DNA of 64,000 nt from Candidatus Bathyarchaeota archaeon (GTDB taxonomy: Archaea; Thermoproteota; Bathyarchaeia; Bathyarchaeales; Bathycorpusculaceae). This document shows, in pieces, positions 1 through 10,477 of the stretch; the stretch's first letter is position 1, and every line of letters begins with the position of its first letter. A program made the position numbers and the translations under genes. The notes beneath the pieces are model-generated. The model did no database searches. It had not been told where the DNA came from and saw only the letters and a list, made by a program, of their open reading frames with translations. The stretch covers positions 136,844 through 200,843 of the forward strand of contig CAWHDT010000008.1 in assembly GCA_963828195.1 (NCBI GenBank), given 5' to 3'.

Positions 1-158
1 AATGCAGAGCCAACGAGCACTGCAGTGTCATAAACCTTCTTTTTTTGGACGTCTGGAATGTTTTCGGTTAACCCCACGAAAATGGGAATGTTGCCGAAGG
101 GGTCAACTATGATGAATAACGCTATAACGGCTCTGCTGAAATCAGTGATGAAATCCAA
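1..158 (-). CDS. MarC family membrane protein (N-terminal part; runs off the window edge)
   Basis: Manual translation DFITDFSRAVIALFIIVDPFGNIPIFVGLTEN matches the MarC DP(F/L)GNIP motif; start TTG at 158 or GTG at 164. Confidence 0.8.
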   Translation of the reverse strand, partial: MDFITDFSRAVIALFIIVDPFGNIPIFVGLTENIPDVQKKKVYDTAVLVGSA

Positions 159-258
159 GTGCACATTGCTCCAGACGCATCATAGAGTTAGCTAACTGAC
201 GCGATAAAAAGTTAACGGCTCAGCAAATAAACAAGCGGCAGGAACAGGAAAAATGTTT

Positions 259-1167
259 TTAGGTTAAGATTTTTTTCCAGTTTTCCACGTAATCCAGAAA
301 TTCCTGCACGGGTTGACCGCCATAACTTCTCAGTTTTTGCCTGTGCTCACCCAAGTTTAAAGCTGCTTTTTGGAAGTCTCGGATTTGTGTGGCTCCATCC
401 GTCAGATAGAGAAAGCCGTCGGCGCCTGCTCTTGCACACCGCGCAGTGACGGTTAGCAATTCTTGGGCTGTCGGAACGTCTTTTGGAGTGTCTCCTGGAC
501 CATAAACGTAGAAGCTGATGTAAAACGGTTTTTTTAGCAGTTTTTTGAAGGCGCGGGCAAGCATTTCCCAGTACCAGGGCGTCGCGTAGTTTTTGCTGAA
601 CATTACAACGTTGAAGGCGTCAGCGTGCTTTGCCAACTCGTCGAAGTCCACGCCATAGCGCTCTAGGGAGCTAACGGGGTCAGGCTGAATGCACAGAACC
701 AGTTCTTTCTTGACTTTTTCGCGAATCTGCGCGATGTAGTCGGTGACTTCTTTTCTGCGCCAATCCAGCCAGCTTAAACCGCTTTTCTTCCATAAACTGG
801 TGCATCGGGGGCAAATGCAGTGTCCATGCTCCGCGAAATATTGGCTGTTTAGCCACACGCCGAGGGAGCGCCCGTCGACGTCGGCGAGGTAGTTTAGCTG
901 TTCCGCTCTGTGCTCTGGCTGGGTAGCACAAACGATGTCCCAGTAAAAGTTAAAGTTGTTATTTCCCATCTTCGCCGGTCCCAAAAGAGACCGAGAAATC
1001 CAGTCTGGATGGTCGCGGACAGCAACGTTGTCAGCGAAAACGGCGACGTTACTGTGCATGTCCTGCACGGGCGGAAGCCTTGCGCCCATTTCTGTTTTTA
1101 CTCGTAAAACTTGGAAATCGAATCCCGGCGCCTTTTCAGGCTGGAAAGTGTATGAGCCAAACTTCAT
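259..1167 (-). CDS. Hypothetical protein, possibly a glycoside-hydrolase-like TIM barrel with a Cys cluster
   Basis: 302-aa ORF with HPDW and HCICPRC motifs reminiscent of GHL-type barrels; function not assignable. Confidence 0.45.
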   Translation of the reverse strand: MKFGSYTFQPEKAPGFDFQVLRVKTEMGARLPPVQDMHSNVAVFADNVAVRDHPDWISRSLLGPAKMGNNNFNFYWDIVCATQPEHRAEQLNYLADVDGRSLGVWLNSQYFAEHGHCICPRCTSLWKKSGLSWLDWRRKEVTDYIAQIREKVKKELVLCIQPDPVSSLERYGVDFDELAKHADAFNVVMFSKNYATPWYWEMLARAFKKLLKKPFYISFYVYGPGDTPKDVPTAQELLTVTARCARAGADGFLYLTDGATQIRDFQKAALNLGEHRQKLRSYGGQPVQEFLDYVENWKKILT

Positions 1168-1462
1168 CAGGTAGCCGCCTTTTCAGCTCAAAAGAAGCGG
1201 CTATAATGTTATAAGGTTTTTGAGTAACATTGAAAAACTGTCGGCTTTTTATCTTCAACAGATTCGACCAGTTTTGTGTTTCCATACAGGTTCTCCAGTC
1301 TAATCTCAAGAGTTTACTTGGAAACTCAGTTAATCTCTGGAAACAAGAGGTATGGGCAAAATAAATAGAGCGATAAAGACGTTCGAACTAGAATTTCGAG
1401 GAAGATTGAAAAATATATGGAGCTGTCATAGGTATGCTTGGCAAGTTATGATGTAATCTTCC

Positions 1463-1699
1463 TCATATTAGAAATAAGGCAAGTCCTGCAACTCCAAGAA
1501 CTATTGCAATTATTCCGTATGTTTTGTAAGTTTTTTGTTTGTAGACCCAATATCCTAAGATAATAGCCACTATACCAACTAAACCATACACCAACAATGA
1601 AACCGCCCCAAAAATAATAGCTATCCAGTAAATGGCTTTTTCATTTTTCTTCATGAAAGATGTATTGTTGTCAGCTTCACCCATTTTATTCGCTTCCAA
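1463..1699 (-). CDS. Small membrane protein
   Basis: 78 aa with 2-3 hydrophobic helices. Confidence 0.6.
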   Translation of the reverse strand: MEANKMGEADNNTSFMKKNEKAIYWIAIIFGAVSLLVYGLVGIVAIILGYWVYKQKTYKTYGIIAIVLGVAGLALFLI

Positions 1700-2053
1700 T
1701 TAATATTTTGCCGTTCAAGTTTTTCTCATCCTTCTTTACTTCACAGTTTAATTATTTTCTCCTATACAAGCTTGTTCCCCACTGTTTACCGAGATGCAAA
1801 GAACCAAGTACATTGCTAGAAATATCTGACAAGACTTGTTCAAAGTCAGATGTTTTTCACATAGCTAACCCGCGAGGCTAAGAAGCACTAGAATAATACC
1901 AATTATTACGAAAGACAAACCAATAATCATATCGCATCCTCCAGGCTGATATTGCTCCTGATTTGTTTGACCTGCTTTAATTCTTGACCTATTTTCCCTA
2001 CCGCATGAATTTGGCATGAAAACCAAAATGGCCTCACGATAAAATAAGCAAGA

Positions 2054-2404
2054 TTATTTTTTTAATTCAATTAGCATTTTTAACACCAGTTTAAGTGCAG
2101 AGTCGTAGCCATCATAGTATTCTTTGCTTTGGTCTGGGTCCGCATATGTTCGATCAACAATTTCTTTTCCAATGCCTTCATTAGTTAGCTGAATTGAGCC
2201 TTCCTTAAGCCATATCAGAGCATCCACATACCCGTGTTCTGGGTCTGAAAGCTCATCGGTTTCGGAAGATTCAGCCTTCTGCATGATTAGTCCCTCAATC
2301 TTTTCCTTTAACTCGTTCTCAACCTTGCCCACTTCTTTTTCACCCAATCGAATACTTGTTTGTTTTAGAGTTAAATATCTGCCGTCTTGCGTATGGCGCT
2401 TCAT
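2054..2404 (-). CDS. Hypothetical acidic protein
   Basis: 116-aa ORF with an internal repeat (HGYVDALIW / DGYDSALKL); start uncertain. Confidence 0.5.
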   Translation of the reverse strand: MKRHTQDGRYLTLKQTSIRLGEKEVGKVENELKEKIEGLIMQKAESSETDELSDPEHGYVDALIWLKEGSIQLTNEGIGKEIVDRTYADPDQSKEYYDGYDSALKLVLKMLIELKK

Positions 2405-2854
2405 TAAGCCATAATAAAAAAACGCTTGTTATCACCTTGCTTCTTTCTGCCAGCCTCCGGCAAACTCTGCAAACCACTATGTCGGTACCGATGCAGGCAC
2501 CATTATGCTTTGGGTGATTTACCCAAGCCATCTCCGTCTTCAGCTCCAGCATCGACTGCAAAATCAATTCACCGTTTTTAATTAAACCTGTTAATTTGTG
2601 TAGAGTTTCTGAAATCGGTGTTTTTTCATGGTATAGAAACTTTCAATTATCGGCTTATTTTTGAACGTTTTTTTATTTGCAGGCTATATTCCGCTTTAAA
2701 ATTGGATAAACATTGCCTGATCGATTGATTAAATCAACAAATGCGCATTATTAGCTGGCAATGTCTTTCATATGCGTATATTTTAAATATAACTTGATAA
2801 TAGGTGTAGAGTTAAAAAATATCCGATTAAACAAATGTCAAGAGAGGGAGAAAG

Positions 2855-4138
2855 ATGGCAGTTGACTCAGGAAGTATAGCTTGGATAATAACCGCTACAG
2901 CGTTGGTCATGCTGATGACGCCGGCGCTGGGGTTCTTTTACGGAGGCTTGGTGCGGAAGAAAAACCTGGTTTCCACAATCGTCCAGTGCTTCGTAATATT
3001 TGCAGTTGTAAGCTTAGTCTGGGCGCTCTGGGGATACATGCTTGTGTTCGGCAACACCGTCAACGGCTTAATCGGCTGGAGCCCAAACTTACTGGGCATG
3101 GGCAACCTTGGCATAAACACCGTTAACACCCAACTTGCACCACAAATCCCGCAGCTCCTGCAATTCGCATTCCAACTAAAGTTCGCAGCCATCACACCCG
3201 CACTGATCATTGGCGCATGCGCGGAAAGATTCCGGTTCAAGTCACTTCTTATCTTCATGGTGCTCTGGTCCACTCTCATTTATTGCCCGATAGCCTGCTG
3301 GGTATGGAATCCAACAGGTTGGCTCAGCAAATTCGGCGCCATCGACTTTGCAGGCGGCATAGTTGTGCACATTTCTGCGGGCATTTCAGCGTTAGCAGCA
3401 GCACTTCTGGTAGGCAGAAGAAAAGGCTGCGCCGTACCATGGCAGAAAGCCATGAAATCTCTCGATCAAAAAGATCATCCGACAGAATTCAAACCGACCA
3501 ACATCCCCTATGTGCTGCTGGGCGCAGCGTTACTTTGGTTCGGCTGGTTCGGCTTCAATGCCGGCAGCGCATTAGCCGCAAACGACTTAGCTGTCTCAGC
3601 GCTCGTAGTCACGAACTTAGCCGCAGCAGCCGCCGCCATAAGCTGGATGCTTGCAGACTGGGTATTTAAAGGGAAACCATCAGCCGTCGGCATCGCTGCC
3701 GGCGCCGTCGTCGGATTAGTCGCAATTACCCCCGCATCAGGCTACGTCAACGTACCATCAGCAATAATAATAGGTTTAGTAGCAGGAGTTCTCTGCAACC
3801 GGGTAGCTAACTGGAGAGCAGGCAGATCAAGAATAGACGATGCACTGGACGTGTTTGCATGCCACGGCGTCGGAGGAATCTGGGGCTCAATCGCAACAGG
3901 CCTATTCGCATCAGCAGCAATAAACGTTAGTATAAAAGGTGGCTTATTCACCGGAAACCCAGCCCAAATGATTCCTCAATTGGTGGCAATTGGTGTAGTG
4001 GTGCCGTTTGCATTCTTCGGTTCCTACGCACTGCTTAAATTTGTGAATATATTCTCGCCGTTGCGGGTAAGCGAGGAAGCAGAAGACGCAGGCTTAGACC
4101 TGGCGGAACATGGCGAAGAAGCGTTTCAATTAGATTAG
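2855..4138 (+). CDS. amt: Ammonium transporter (Amt family)
   Basis: FYGGLVR, DFAGGIVVH, LLWFGWFGFNAGS, DDALDVFACHG and HGEEA motifs; both pore His residues present. Confidence 0.97.
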   Translation: MAVDSGSIAWIITATALVMLMTPALGFFYGGLVRKKNLVSTIVQCFVIFAVVSLVWALWGYMLVFGNTVNGLIGWSPNLLGMGNLGINTVNTQLAPQIPQLLQFAFQLKFAAITPALIIGACAERFRFKSLLIFMVLWSTLIYCPIACWVWNPTGWLSKFGAIDFAGGIVVHISAGISALAAALLVGRRKGCAVPWQKAMKSLDQKDHPTEFKPTNIPYVLLGAALLWFGWFGFNAGSALAANDLAVSALVVTNLAAAAAAISWMLADWVFKGKPSAVGIAAGAVVGLVAITPASGYVNVPSAIIIGLVAGVLCNRVANWRAGRSRIDDALDVFACHGVGGIWGSIATGLFASAAINVSIKGGLFTGNPAQMIPQLVAIGVVVPFAFFGSYALLKFVNIFSPLRVSEEAEDAGLDLAEHGEEAFQLD

Positions 4139-4357
4139 AGCGCAATTAAGCCCTTTTCTTTATTTTCTTTTTTCGGCATTATTGATTTTTTGTTTAGACA
4201 AACCACCTCGATTGATGGCTCGTGAAGAGCATTTTATCCCAACGCTTATCGCACGCTGCCTTGCTCCATTATCAGACTACCTCAGACAAATCAAAAGGAA
4301 ACAATTTTTTACGAAATTGCGAAAGCTTATAAGAAAAATTGAAGCCAAAGAGTCTTT

Positions 4358-5479
4358 ATGAGGAATCTGAAGAAAATCTCAGCTATCCTGATTTTACTCG
4401 TTATAATTCTTGCATTGTCAGTAACAAACGCGGTCCATGCCCTTAGAGTTGTCAACACAATAAATTCAAACGAGTATCCATTCGACCTAGCCTATGACTC
4501 TGGAAAAGGAGAAATTTTCGTATCCAGCGAGATTGCAGGCACCGTCTCCGTCATCTCTGATAGCGGTAACTCCGTGGTTGCTAATCTGTCGTTGGGAGCC
4601 AAACCAGGATTTATAGTTTATGATTCGGGTAAAGGCGAAATTTTCGGGGTTAATAGTGATTCTGGCGCAGTCTCCATAATTTCGGATAGCGGCGATAAGG
4701 TGGTGGTCAACATGTCTTTAGGTATCCATTCGGCTGGGTTAGCTTATGACTCTGGAAAAGGTGAGATCTTCGTTACCGATTCTAATCTCGTCGTGCAGAA
4801 CAGTCAGCCTGTCCCCACTTACAACGGCACGGTCTACATTATTTCGGACAGTAGCAATTCTATTATTGCCAACCTATCTTTGGGAACCAACCCTGGAGGA
4901 ATAGCTTATGATTCTGGCAAGGGCGAAATTTTTGTAGGCAATTATGAAGACACGATCTCTGTCATATCTGATAGCAGCAATGCCTTGGTTGCGACCATAC
5001 CTATCGGATTTAATCCACAAGCAATAAGTTATGATTCTGGGAAAAGCGAAATCTTCGTTGTCAATGATAACCAGGGTGAGGGCAACGGCTCGGTTTCCGT
5101 CATTTCGGATACCAGCAATACCGTGGTTGCTAACGTCACCGTGGGGCCGAATCCTTCTGGATTAGCTTACGATTCCGGTAAGGGCGAGATCTTCGTGAAC
5201 AACCTTTACGGCACCACAGTTTCCGTTATTTCCGACCGTAGCAACACTGTGATCGCTACCGTCAATGTACCATACGGTCCCGCGGCGGTAGCCTACGATT
5301 CGACTAAGGGTGAAGTATTCGTAGCCGATTACCTATCTCACTCTGTCTCAATTATATCAGATTCCTCAACCACAACTGCGGTACCTGAGGCTCTAGTTTT
5401 AGTTGTATTAGTTGTGTCAGTGACCATTTGTGCAGTCGCATTGGCACATAAAAAATTGACCCGAACCAAAATGCCCTGA
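4358..5479 (+). CDS. YncE/YVTN-type beta-propeller surface protein with PEF-CTERM-like anchor
   Basis: Signal peptide, repeated AYDSGKGEIFV...VSVISD blades, C-terminal VPEA + TM helix + basic tail. Confidence 0.85.
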   Translation: MRNLKKISAILILLVIILALSVTNAVHALRVVNTINSNEYPFDLAYDSGKGEIFVSSEIAGTVSVISDSGNSVVANLSLGAKPGFIVYDSGKGEIFGVNSDSGAVSIISDSGDKVVVNMSLGIHSAGLAYDSGKGEIFVTDSNLVVQNSQPVPTYNGTVYIISDSSNSIIANLSLGTNPGGIAYDSGKGEIFVGNYEDTISVISDSSNALVATIPIGFNPQAISYDSGKSEIFVVNDNQGEGNGSVSVISDTSNTVVANVTVGPNPSGLAYDSGKGEIFVNNLYGTTVSVISDRSNTVIATVNVPYGPAAVAYDSTKGEVFVADYLSHSVSIISDSSTTTAVPEALVLVVLVVSVTICAVALAHKKLTRTKMP

Positions 5480-5582
5480 GGTCTACAATAAAAGGAAAAA
5501 AAACCGAGGGAAAAACGGCAAGCGTCCCTAACGCTACCTTTTTTTATCCAAATCTGCACTCTAACAATTCAGAGGGTTCAAA

Positions 5583-6158
5583 ATGAAGGTTATAGCTATT
5601 AATGGAAGTGCAAGAAAAGACGGCAACACCGCCTCTCTTATCCGCAGGGTTTTTCAAGTTCTTGAGAAAGAAGGAATAGAAACCGAGCTGATTCAGATGG
5701 CAGGCGAGCAGATCCACGGGTGCATGGCATGCGGAACCTGCCGAAAAATCAAAAACAAGCAATGCAAAATCGTAAACGACAACGTCAACCTCTACATAGA
5801 GAAGATGGCTGCAGCGGATGGGATAATTCTTGGTTCACCCACGTATTTCTCGATGATGTCTCCCGAAATGAAAGCGCTTATCGACCGCTCAGGGTTCGTT
5901 GCGCGGGCAAATTCTGATTTGTTTAAGAGAAAAGTGGGCGCTGCAGTCGTGGCTGTGCGACGGGCAGGTGGAATCCCGACTTTTGACGCGATAAACCACT
6001 TCTTCCTCATCAACCAAATGATCGTCCCAGGCTCATCATACTGGAACGTCGGCATAGGCTTAAACAAGGGCGACGTAGAAAAAGACGAGGAAGGCATGCA
6101 GACCATGGATGACCTTGGACGAAACATGGCGTGGCTCCTCAAAAAACTCAGTGCTTAA
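5583..6158 (+). CDS. Iron-sulfur flavoprotein / NADPH-dependent FMN reductase
   Basis: [18 protein letters not shown]...C and GSPTYF motifs. Confidence 0.9.
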   Translation: MKVIAINGSARKDGNTASLIRRVFQVLEKEGIETELIQMAGEQIHGCMACGTCRKIKNKQCKIVNDNVNLYIEKMAAADGIILGSPTYFSMMSPEMKALIDRSGFVARANSDLFKRKVGAAVVAVRRAGGIPTFDAINHFFLINQMIVPGSSYWNVGIGLNKGDVEKDEEGMQTMDDLGRNMAWLLKKLSA

Positions 6159-6180
6159 ACGTTAAAGGATCGACTTAAGA

Positions 6181-6807
6181 TTATGGTGAGTTTGTCCATA
6201 CTGGCGTTGCGGTCCAGTTATTGGCAATGCCTGCATAGAAAATACCTATGTCAACTGTCACATTCTGTTCGCTATGCAGAGTTACAACTTGAGAACTTGT
6301 TACCTCACCTGAGCCGAAAACATTTAAACCGACTTCATAAGTTGCGTTACCCAAAGGAACCGTCAAGTCTATCAGCGATGAACCATTGGCATTGTAAGCA
6401 TCAACTTGCAATCCAGCGTTATAAACTGTTTCTGGCTCTGAATTAGTTACAGACCCATTGGTGAAAAGATATGATTCTGTTGTCGAGTCTATTTGAAGCG
6501 GGTCAAGTGTATCGCTCATTGATAAGTCAGATGTAAGATTTTCATAAAAAACTTGTGTTGTTTGACTAGTGGAATTTGCTGGTGGGCTCTTAATGTTTGA
6601 ATTTTGGCTGGTCAAATTTTCTAGTTCATTGTTCAGATTGGTTATGTCGATATTAAAATTTGATATTTGGTTGTTCAACGAAGCTATTTTGAAATTTTCA
6701 CTGTTAACTACGCCGTTATAATGAAATATCGTTCCTGTAATTGCACTTACAAAGAGTATAGCTATCAAAACTGAAATAACTATTAATTTTTTATCCAAGA
6801 TGTTCAC
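6181..6807 (-). CDS. Membrane-anchored secreted protein with coiled coil
   Basis: N-terminal TM helix, N/S/L heptads, beta-rich C-terminus; overlaps the upstream gene. Confidence 0.7.
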   Translation of the reverse strand: MNILDKKLIVISVLIAILFVSAITGTIFHYNGVVNSENFKIASLNNQISNFNIDITNLNNELENLTSQNSNIKSPPANSTSQTTQVFYENLTSDLSMSDTLDPLQIDSTTESYLFTNGSVTNSEPETVYNAGLQVDAYNANGSSLIDLTVPLGNATYEVGLNVFGSGEVTSSQVVTLHSEQNVTVDIGIFYAGIANNWTATPVWTNSP

Positions 6808-7624
6808 CGACTTGAATAATGGGTTTTCGTTTTCTTATGTAAACCAGTAGAGCAATAATGATAGCCAATAAGACCGCTATTACTACAACAGTCATAGTGG
6901 TTATTAGTAAAAGAGATGCGTAAGAAGCACTGCTAACGGATGCTGGAGTTGGAGTTAGCCTTGAAGTTGAGGATGATGGGGCAGGGGTAGAGCTCAAGGG
7001 AATGTTTGCAGGCACGGTTACTGTTTGTGTGGCGCTCCAACTGCTTGTTTCGCCAACAAATGCATAAACAGTGCCGTCTGATAAAACAGCGCCAGGGGGA
7101 TGAGCTAAAACATTGAAAGAAGTGTAGATGTATCCAATCATTGCTTCAACTTGAATATCGGTTTGAGTACCAGTTGGAATCGTTATGGAACCGACTTGGT
7201 AAGTTTCCACAGGGATTGATATGTTGGTATAATCAGAATCTGCCGACGGTTGTGGATAATAGTTAGCTGGGTTGTAAAGGTCTATCCAATCATCTGTTTC
7301 GTTGTGGGCTTTTATTTGAATGTTATAGTAGAATGAAATTTCTTTACCAACGCTTGCATTAAAATAGGATGTAAAAGGTTGATTCTTAATTGTCACTACT
7401 GCATTACTGTATCCCATTGTGTAGCCCAGTTGAGCCGCAACCTGTCCTGAACTTTGGTTTAGATAATAAATTGTAGGTGAAGTGTAAGAAGGACCAACAA
7501 GCTCCACAGTGAATTGTGGAACAGTTGGTGTTGGTATAGACGTCTGGGCAAATGCTGGTTTAGCCATTATTAGGCTTGAAGCAGTTAATATGAGAATAAG
7601 CCCTATGGTGAAGCTTTTGTTCAT
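6791..7624 (-). CDS. Secreted surface protein with C-terminal TM anchor
   Basis: Signal peptide, S/T/P-rich linker, TM helix followed by RKRK. Confidence 0.75.
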   Translation of the reverse strand: MNKSFTIGLILILTASSLIMAKPAFAQTSIPTPTVPQFTVELVGPSYTSPTIYYLNQSSGQVAAQLGYTMGYSNAVVTIKNQPFTSYFNASVGKEISFYYNIQIKAHNETDDWIDLYNPANYYPQPSADSDYTNISIPVETYQVGSITIPTGTQTDIQVEAMIGYIYTSFNVLAHPPGAVLSDGTVYAFVGETSSWSATQTVTVPANIPLSSTPAPSSSTSRLTPTPASVSSASYASLLLITTMTVVVIAVLLAIIIALLVYIRKRKPIIQVGEHLG

Positions 7625-7626
7625 AC

Positions 7627-8178
7627 CTAGCCGAACCTCCTTTGTTTGTACTTTTCAAAGTAGACCAACAAACCAGCAGTTACCATTACGATAAACAACA
7701 TTGGAATTGCTATTGCAGAAAACTCTGGAATGGTGGGTGTTGAAGTTGGATTTGGGGTAGGCTGTTGAGTGGGTGTTGTGGTTGGTGAGGGCAAAGTAGG
7801 CAAAGGCGTTGGGGAAAGAATGGGTATCGAATAAAGCATGGTGCTTGTTTGACCTTGAGAATCAGTTACTGTGATAACTGCCGAATCAGTGTCAGTTACA
7901 GTCACATTGCCCACCCAGTAACCATTAGCGATGACAATCGAAGAAGGAGTAATTGTACCTCCTTGAACACTCAAAGCAGCAATACCATTAGACATGTCAA
8001 ATATTCCAATTCCAAATGGGGTTCCTGCTGTTACACCATTACCCACGTCTGCACTGTAGGCAAGAACTAAAAAACTTGTAGAAGGAAAAGTACAGACTTG
8101 CGCTTGTACTGGAAAAATGGACAAAGCTAAGATAAAGGCAATGACAAGCAATGCCAAACTCTTGCTCTTGCTACCCAT
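7627..8178 (-). CDS. PEF-CTERM surface protein
   Basis: Signal peptide, PT-rich linker, IPEFS + TM helix + basic tail. Confidence 0.75.
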   Translation of the reverse strand: MGSKSKSLALLVIAFILALSIFPVQAQVCTFPSTSFLVLAYSADVGNGVTAGTPFGIGIFDMSNGIAALSVQGGTITPSSIVIANGYWVGNVTVTDTDSAVITVTDSQGQTSTMLYSIPILSPTPLPTLPSPTTTPTQQPTPNPTSTPTIPEFSAIAIPMLFIVMVTAGLLVYFEKYKQRRFG

Positions 8179-8531
8179 ACTTAGTATTAGAAAATCAGAG
8201 CCGATAAAAGGTTATTCGTAAAAGATTCTTGACTAATCCAAGTCAAAGTTTCTTGACTACGCTTCGCAGATTTAAGATTTTTCTGTGCTTTCAAAAAGTT
8301 TGAAAACCTGCGATGAGCCCCGACAAATAGGCATCTGGGCTTAAATGCTCTATTGCCGCAATGTGTTTGTATGTTACTGCTTGGATGGTTTGGAAGAAGA
8401 AGAAGAAAAACGTTTTTTCGGGGCTTCTTCTTCTTTTAAAAAAAATCACGCCGCGGAATTGAAATTTAGCTGAAATTTGCTGCGCAAGTTAGAAATAATT
8501 GTTACGCTACTGTATTATTCAGGCGAATATT

Positions 8532-8702
8532 ATGGTCGAGTACGTTAAGGGACCAGAGCCTGACAGGTGGCATTGGTACAAAAGCTGCAAGCAGTACCCT
8601 CGCGTTGTCATGCAGAAGCGTTCTTGGAGACCAAATTCTGACCTCTGCGACGAATGTCTTGAAATAGAGCGAATTGAACTACGCAAAGTAGCCGCAACAT
8701 AA
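8532..8702 (+). CDS. Small putative Zn-binding protein
   Basis: MVEYVKGPEPDRWHWYKSC...CDEC; ATG at 8532. Confidence 0.5.
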   Translation: MVEYVKGPEPDRWHWYKSCKQYPRVVMQKRSWRPNSDLCDECLEIERIELRKVAAT

Positions 8703-8947
8703 CGGGTTGATCCCTGAAATCGAATTGCGAGTTAATAATGAAGCTTATGCTATATGACTTGCAATTGAGAAGTTGGCTTTCACGAAAAAAATTTACGCTT
8801 CTCTGCACATCAAAAATTATTTTCAGACCGCCAATCCATTTTTTTCTTTCATGAGCAAACTTCGCATCGGGTTCTCTATCAGTATGCTTTTATTTGTGTC
8901 GCAGAATTATCCCTTAACAAACCGACTTACGCGTTGAAGGCAAGTGT

Positions 8948-10477
8948 ATGGTTGAGCTCAGAACACAGGAACAACAATTACTCTGCGCATTGGAGTCGCT
9001 CGGCGGAAAAGCCTCAGTGGAACAGCTAGTTGACGCATGCGGTTTTCCAGACACAGCGGTTATGCGCACCGGCCTAACTCTGCAAGAAAAAAACCTCCTT
9101 ACCATACATGCCGAATACCAAAACGTCATCAAAATAACCGCTGAAGGCGAGGCTTATGCGAAAAACGGGTTACCCGAACGCAAACTCATCCACGCCGTGG
9201 CACAGCTCGGCGGAGCATCTGACCTTAAAGGGGCGGCGCAGCAAGCGGGAATCGAAGCGGCGTTCGTGCAGATTGCGCTTGGCTGGGCGATAAGAAAAAA
9301 ATGGGCTCTCTACACTTCTAGCGACAACACGATACGCATAAGCGAGCCGCTGGTGCATCAAGCGTTTATTGATGAAGGATGCGACGAAACCCTCCTCAAA
9401 TACCTAAACGACAAACACCAAGCAGCTCTCGAAGAACTAAGCCCAGAGTTGAAAACGGCGGCTGAACAGCTGAAAAAACGCACGCTACTAACCATCGAGG
9501 CAAAAACCACACGCACACTCCAGATCACCCCGCAAGGCAAAACGGCAGCCGCAGAAGCCAAAGTAGCCCCCCAAGAAGTAACCCAACTTACACCTGAACT
9601 TATAATCACGGGTAAATGGCACACCTCAAAACTGCAAAAATACAACATAGAAGCACCAGTATCTAAAACGTGGCCTGGAAAAAAACATCCCTATCTGCAG
9701 TTTCTCGATGAAGTCCGCGCTAAGCTTGTGCAGCTTGGCTTCCAAGAAATGACGGGCACAGCCGTTGAAACCAGCTTCTTTAACTTTGACGCTCTCTACG
9801 TGCCGCAGGATCATCCTGCACGGGAAGAAAGCGACATCTACTACGTCAAAGACCCCAAGTTCGGCGAGATAGGACAGCATGGTGCAGCAGTCGAGCATGT
9901 AGCGGAGACACATGAGAACGGCTGGAACACAGGCTCGTCAGGTTGGGGTTACAAGTACTCGCTGCTGGCAGCGCAAAGGTTGATTCTGCGTGGTCACGGC
10001 ACTTGCCTCAGCGCCCGAACGTTGGAGAGCAAAAACTATCAGGTTCCCAGCAGACACTTCTCCATCGCTAGGGTTTACCGCCCCGAAATCACCGACAAAA
10101 CCCACCTCTCCGAATTCAACCAGGTGGAAGGCATAATCATCGACGAAAACCTTACCCTCAAAGACCTCTTAGGCGTGTTGGGCAAGTTCGCGTTGGAGAT
10201 TGCGGGAGCAGATAAAGTATGCTTCAAACCCGACTATTTCCCCTTCACGGAGCCCAGCGTGGAACTCAGCGCTTACAAGGAAGGCTACGGCTGGGTGGAA
10301 TTCGGCGGCTCAGGAATCTTCCGTCCCGAAGTCACTTTGCCTCTTGGAGTGAAAGAACCCGTTATCGCATGGGGGCTCGGTGTTGACCGCCTCTTCATGA
10401 TGCGGGCTGGCGTCGAGGATATTCGGATGATTTTCAGCCAAGACCTTGATTGGCTAAGAAAGAAACAGGTGACGTAA
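8948..10477 (+). CDS. pheS: Phenylalanine-tRNA ligase alpha subunit
   Basis: FNFDALYVPQDHPAR, EFNQVEG, YFPFTEPS, AWGLGVDRL; archaeal N-terminal DNA-binding-like extension. Confidence 0.98.
   Translation: MVELRTQEQQLLCALESLGGKASVEQLVDACGFPDTAVMRTGLTLQEKNLLTIHAEYQNVIKITAEGEAYAKNGLPERKLIHAVAQLGGASDLKGAAQQAGIEAAFVQIALGWAIRKKWALYTSSDNTIRISEPLVHQAFIDEGCDETLLKYLNDKHQAALEELSPELKTAAEQLKKRTLLTIEAKTTRTLQITPQGKTAAAEAKVAPQEVTQLTPELIITGKWHTSKLQKYNIEAPVSKTWPGKKHPYLQFLDEVRAKLVQLGFQEMTGTAVETSFFNFDALYVPQDHPAREESDIYYVKDPKFGEIGQHGAAVEHVAETHENGWNTGSSGWGYKYSLLAAQRLILRGHGTCLSARTLESKNYQVPSRHFSIARVYRPEITDKTHLSEFNQVEGIIIDENLTLKDLLGVLGKFALEIAGADKVCFKPDYFPFTEPSVELSAYKEGYGWVEFGGSGIFRPEVTLPLGVKEPVIAWGLGVDRLFMMRAGVEDIRMIFSQDLDWLRKKQVT

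Noticed and set aside
1278-1344. Repeated TGGAAAC/GTTTCCA and TAATCTC words in intergenic DNA
   Set aside because: Short and irregularly spaced; cannot be distinguished from chance without comparative data.
4480-5340. DNA-level repeats (TATGATTCTGG...GGCGAAAT) as a repeat array
   Set aside because: They are the coding repeats of beta-propeller blades; the same applies to 54600-55460.
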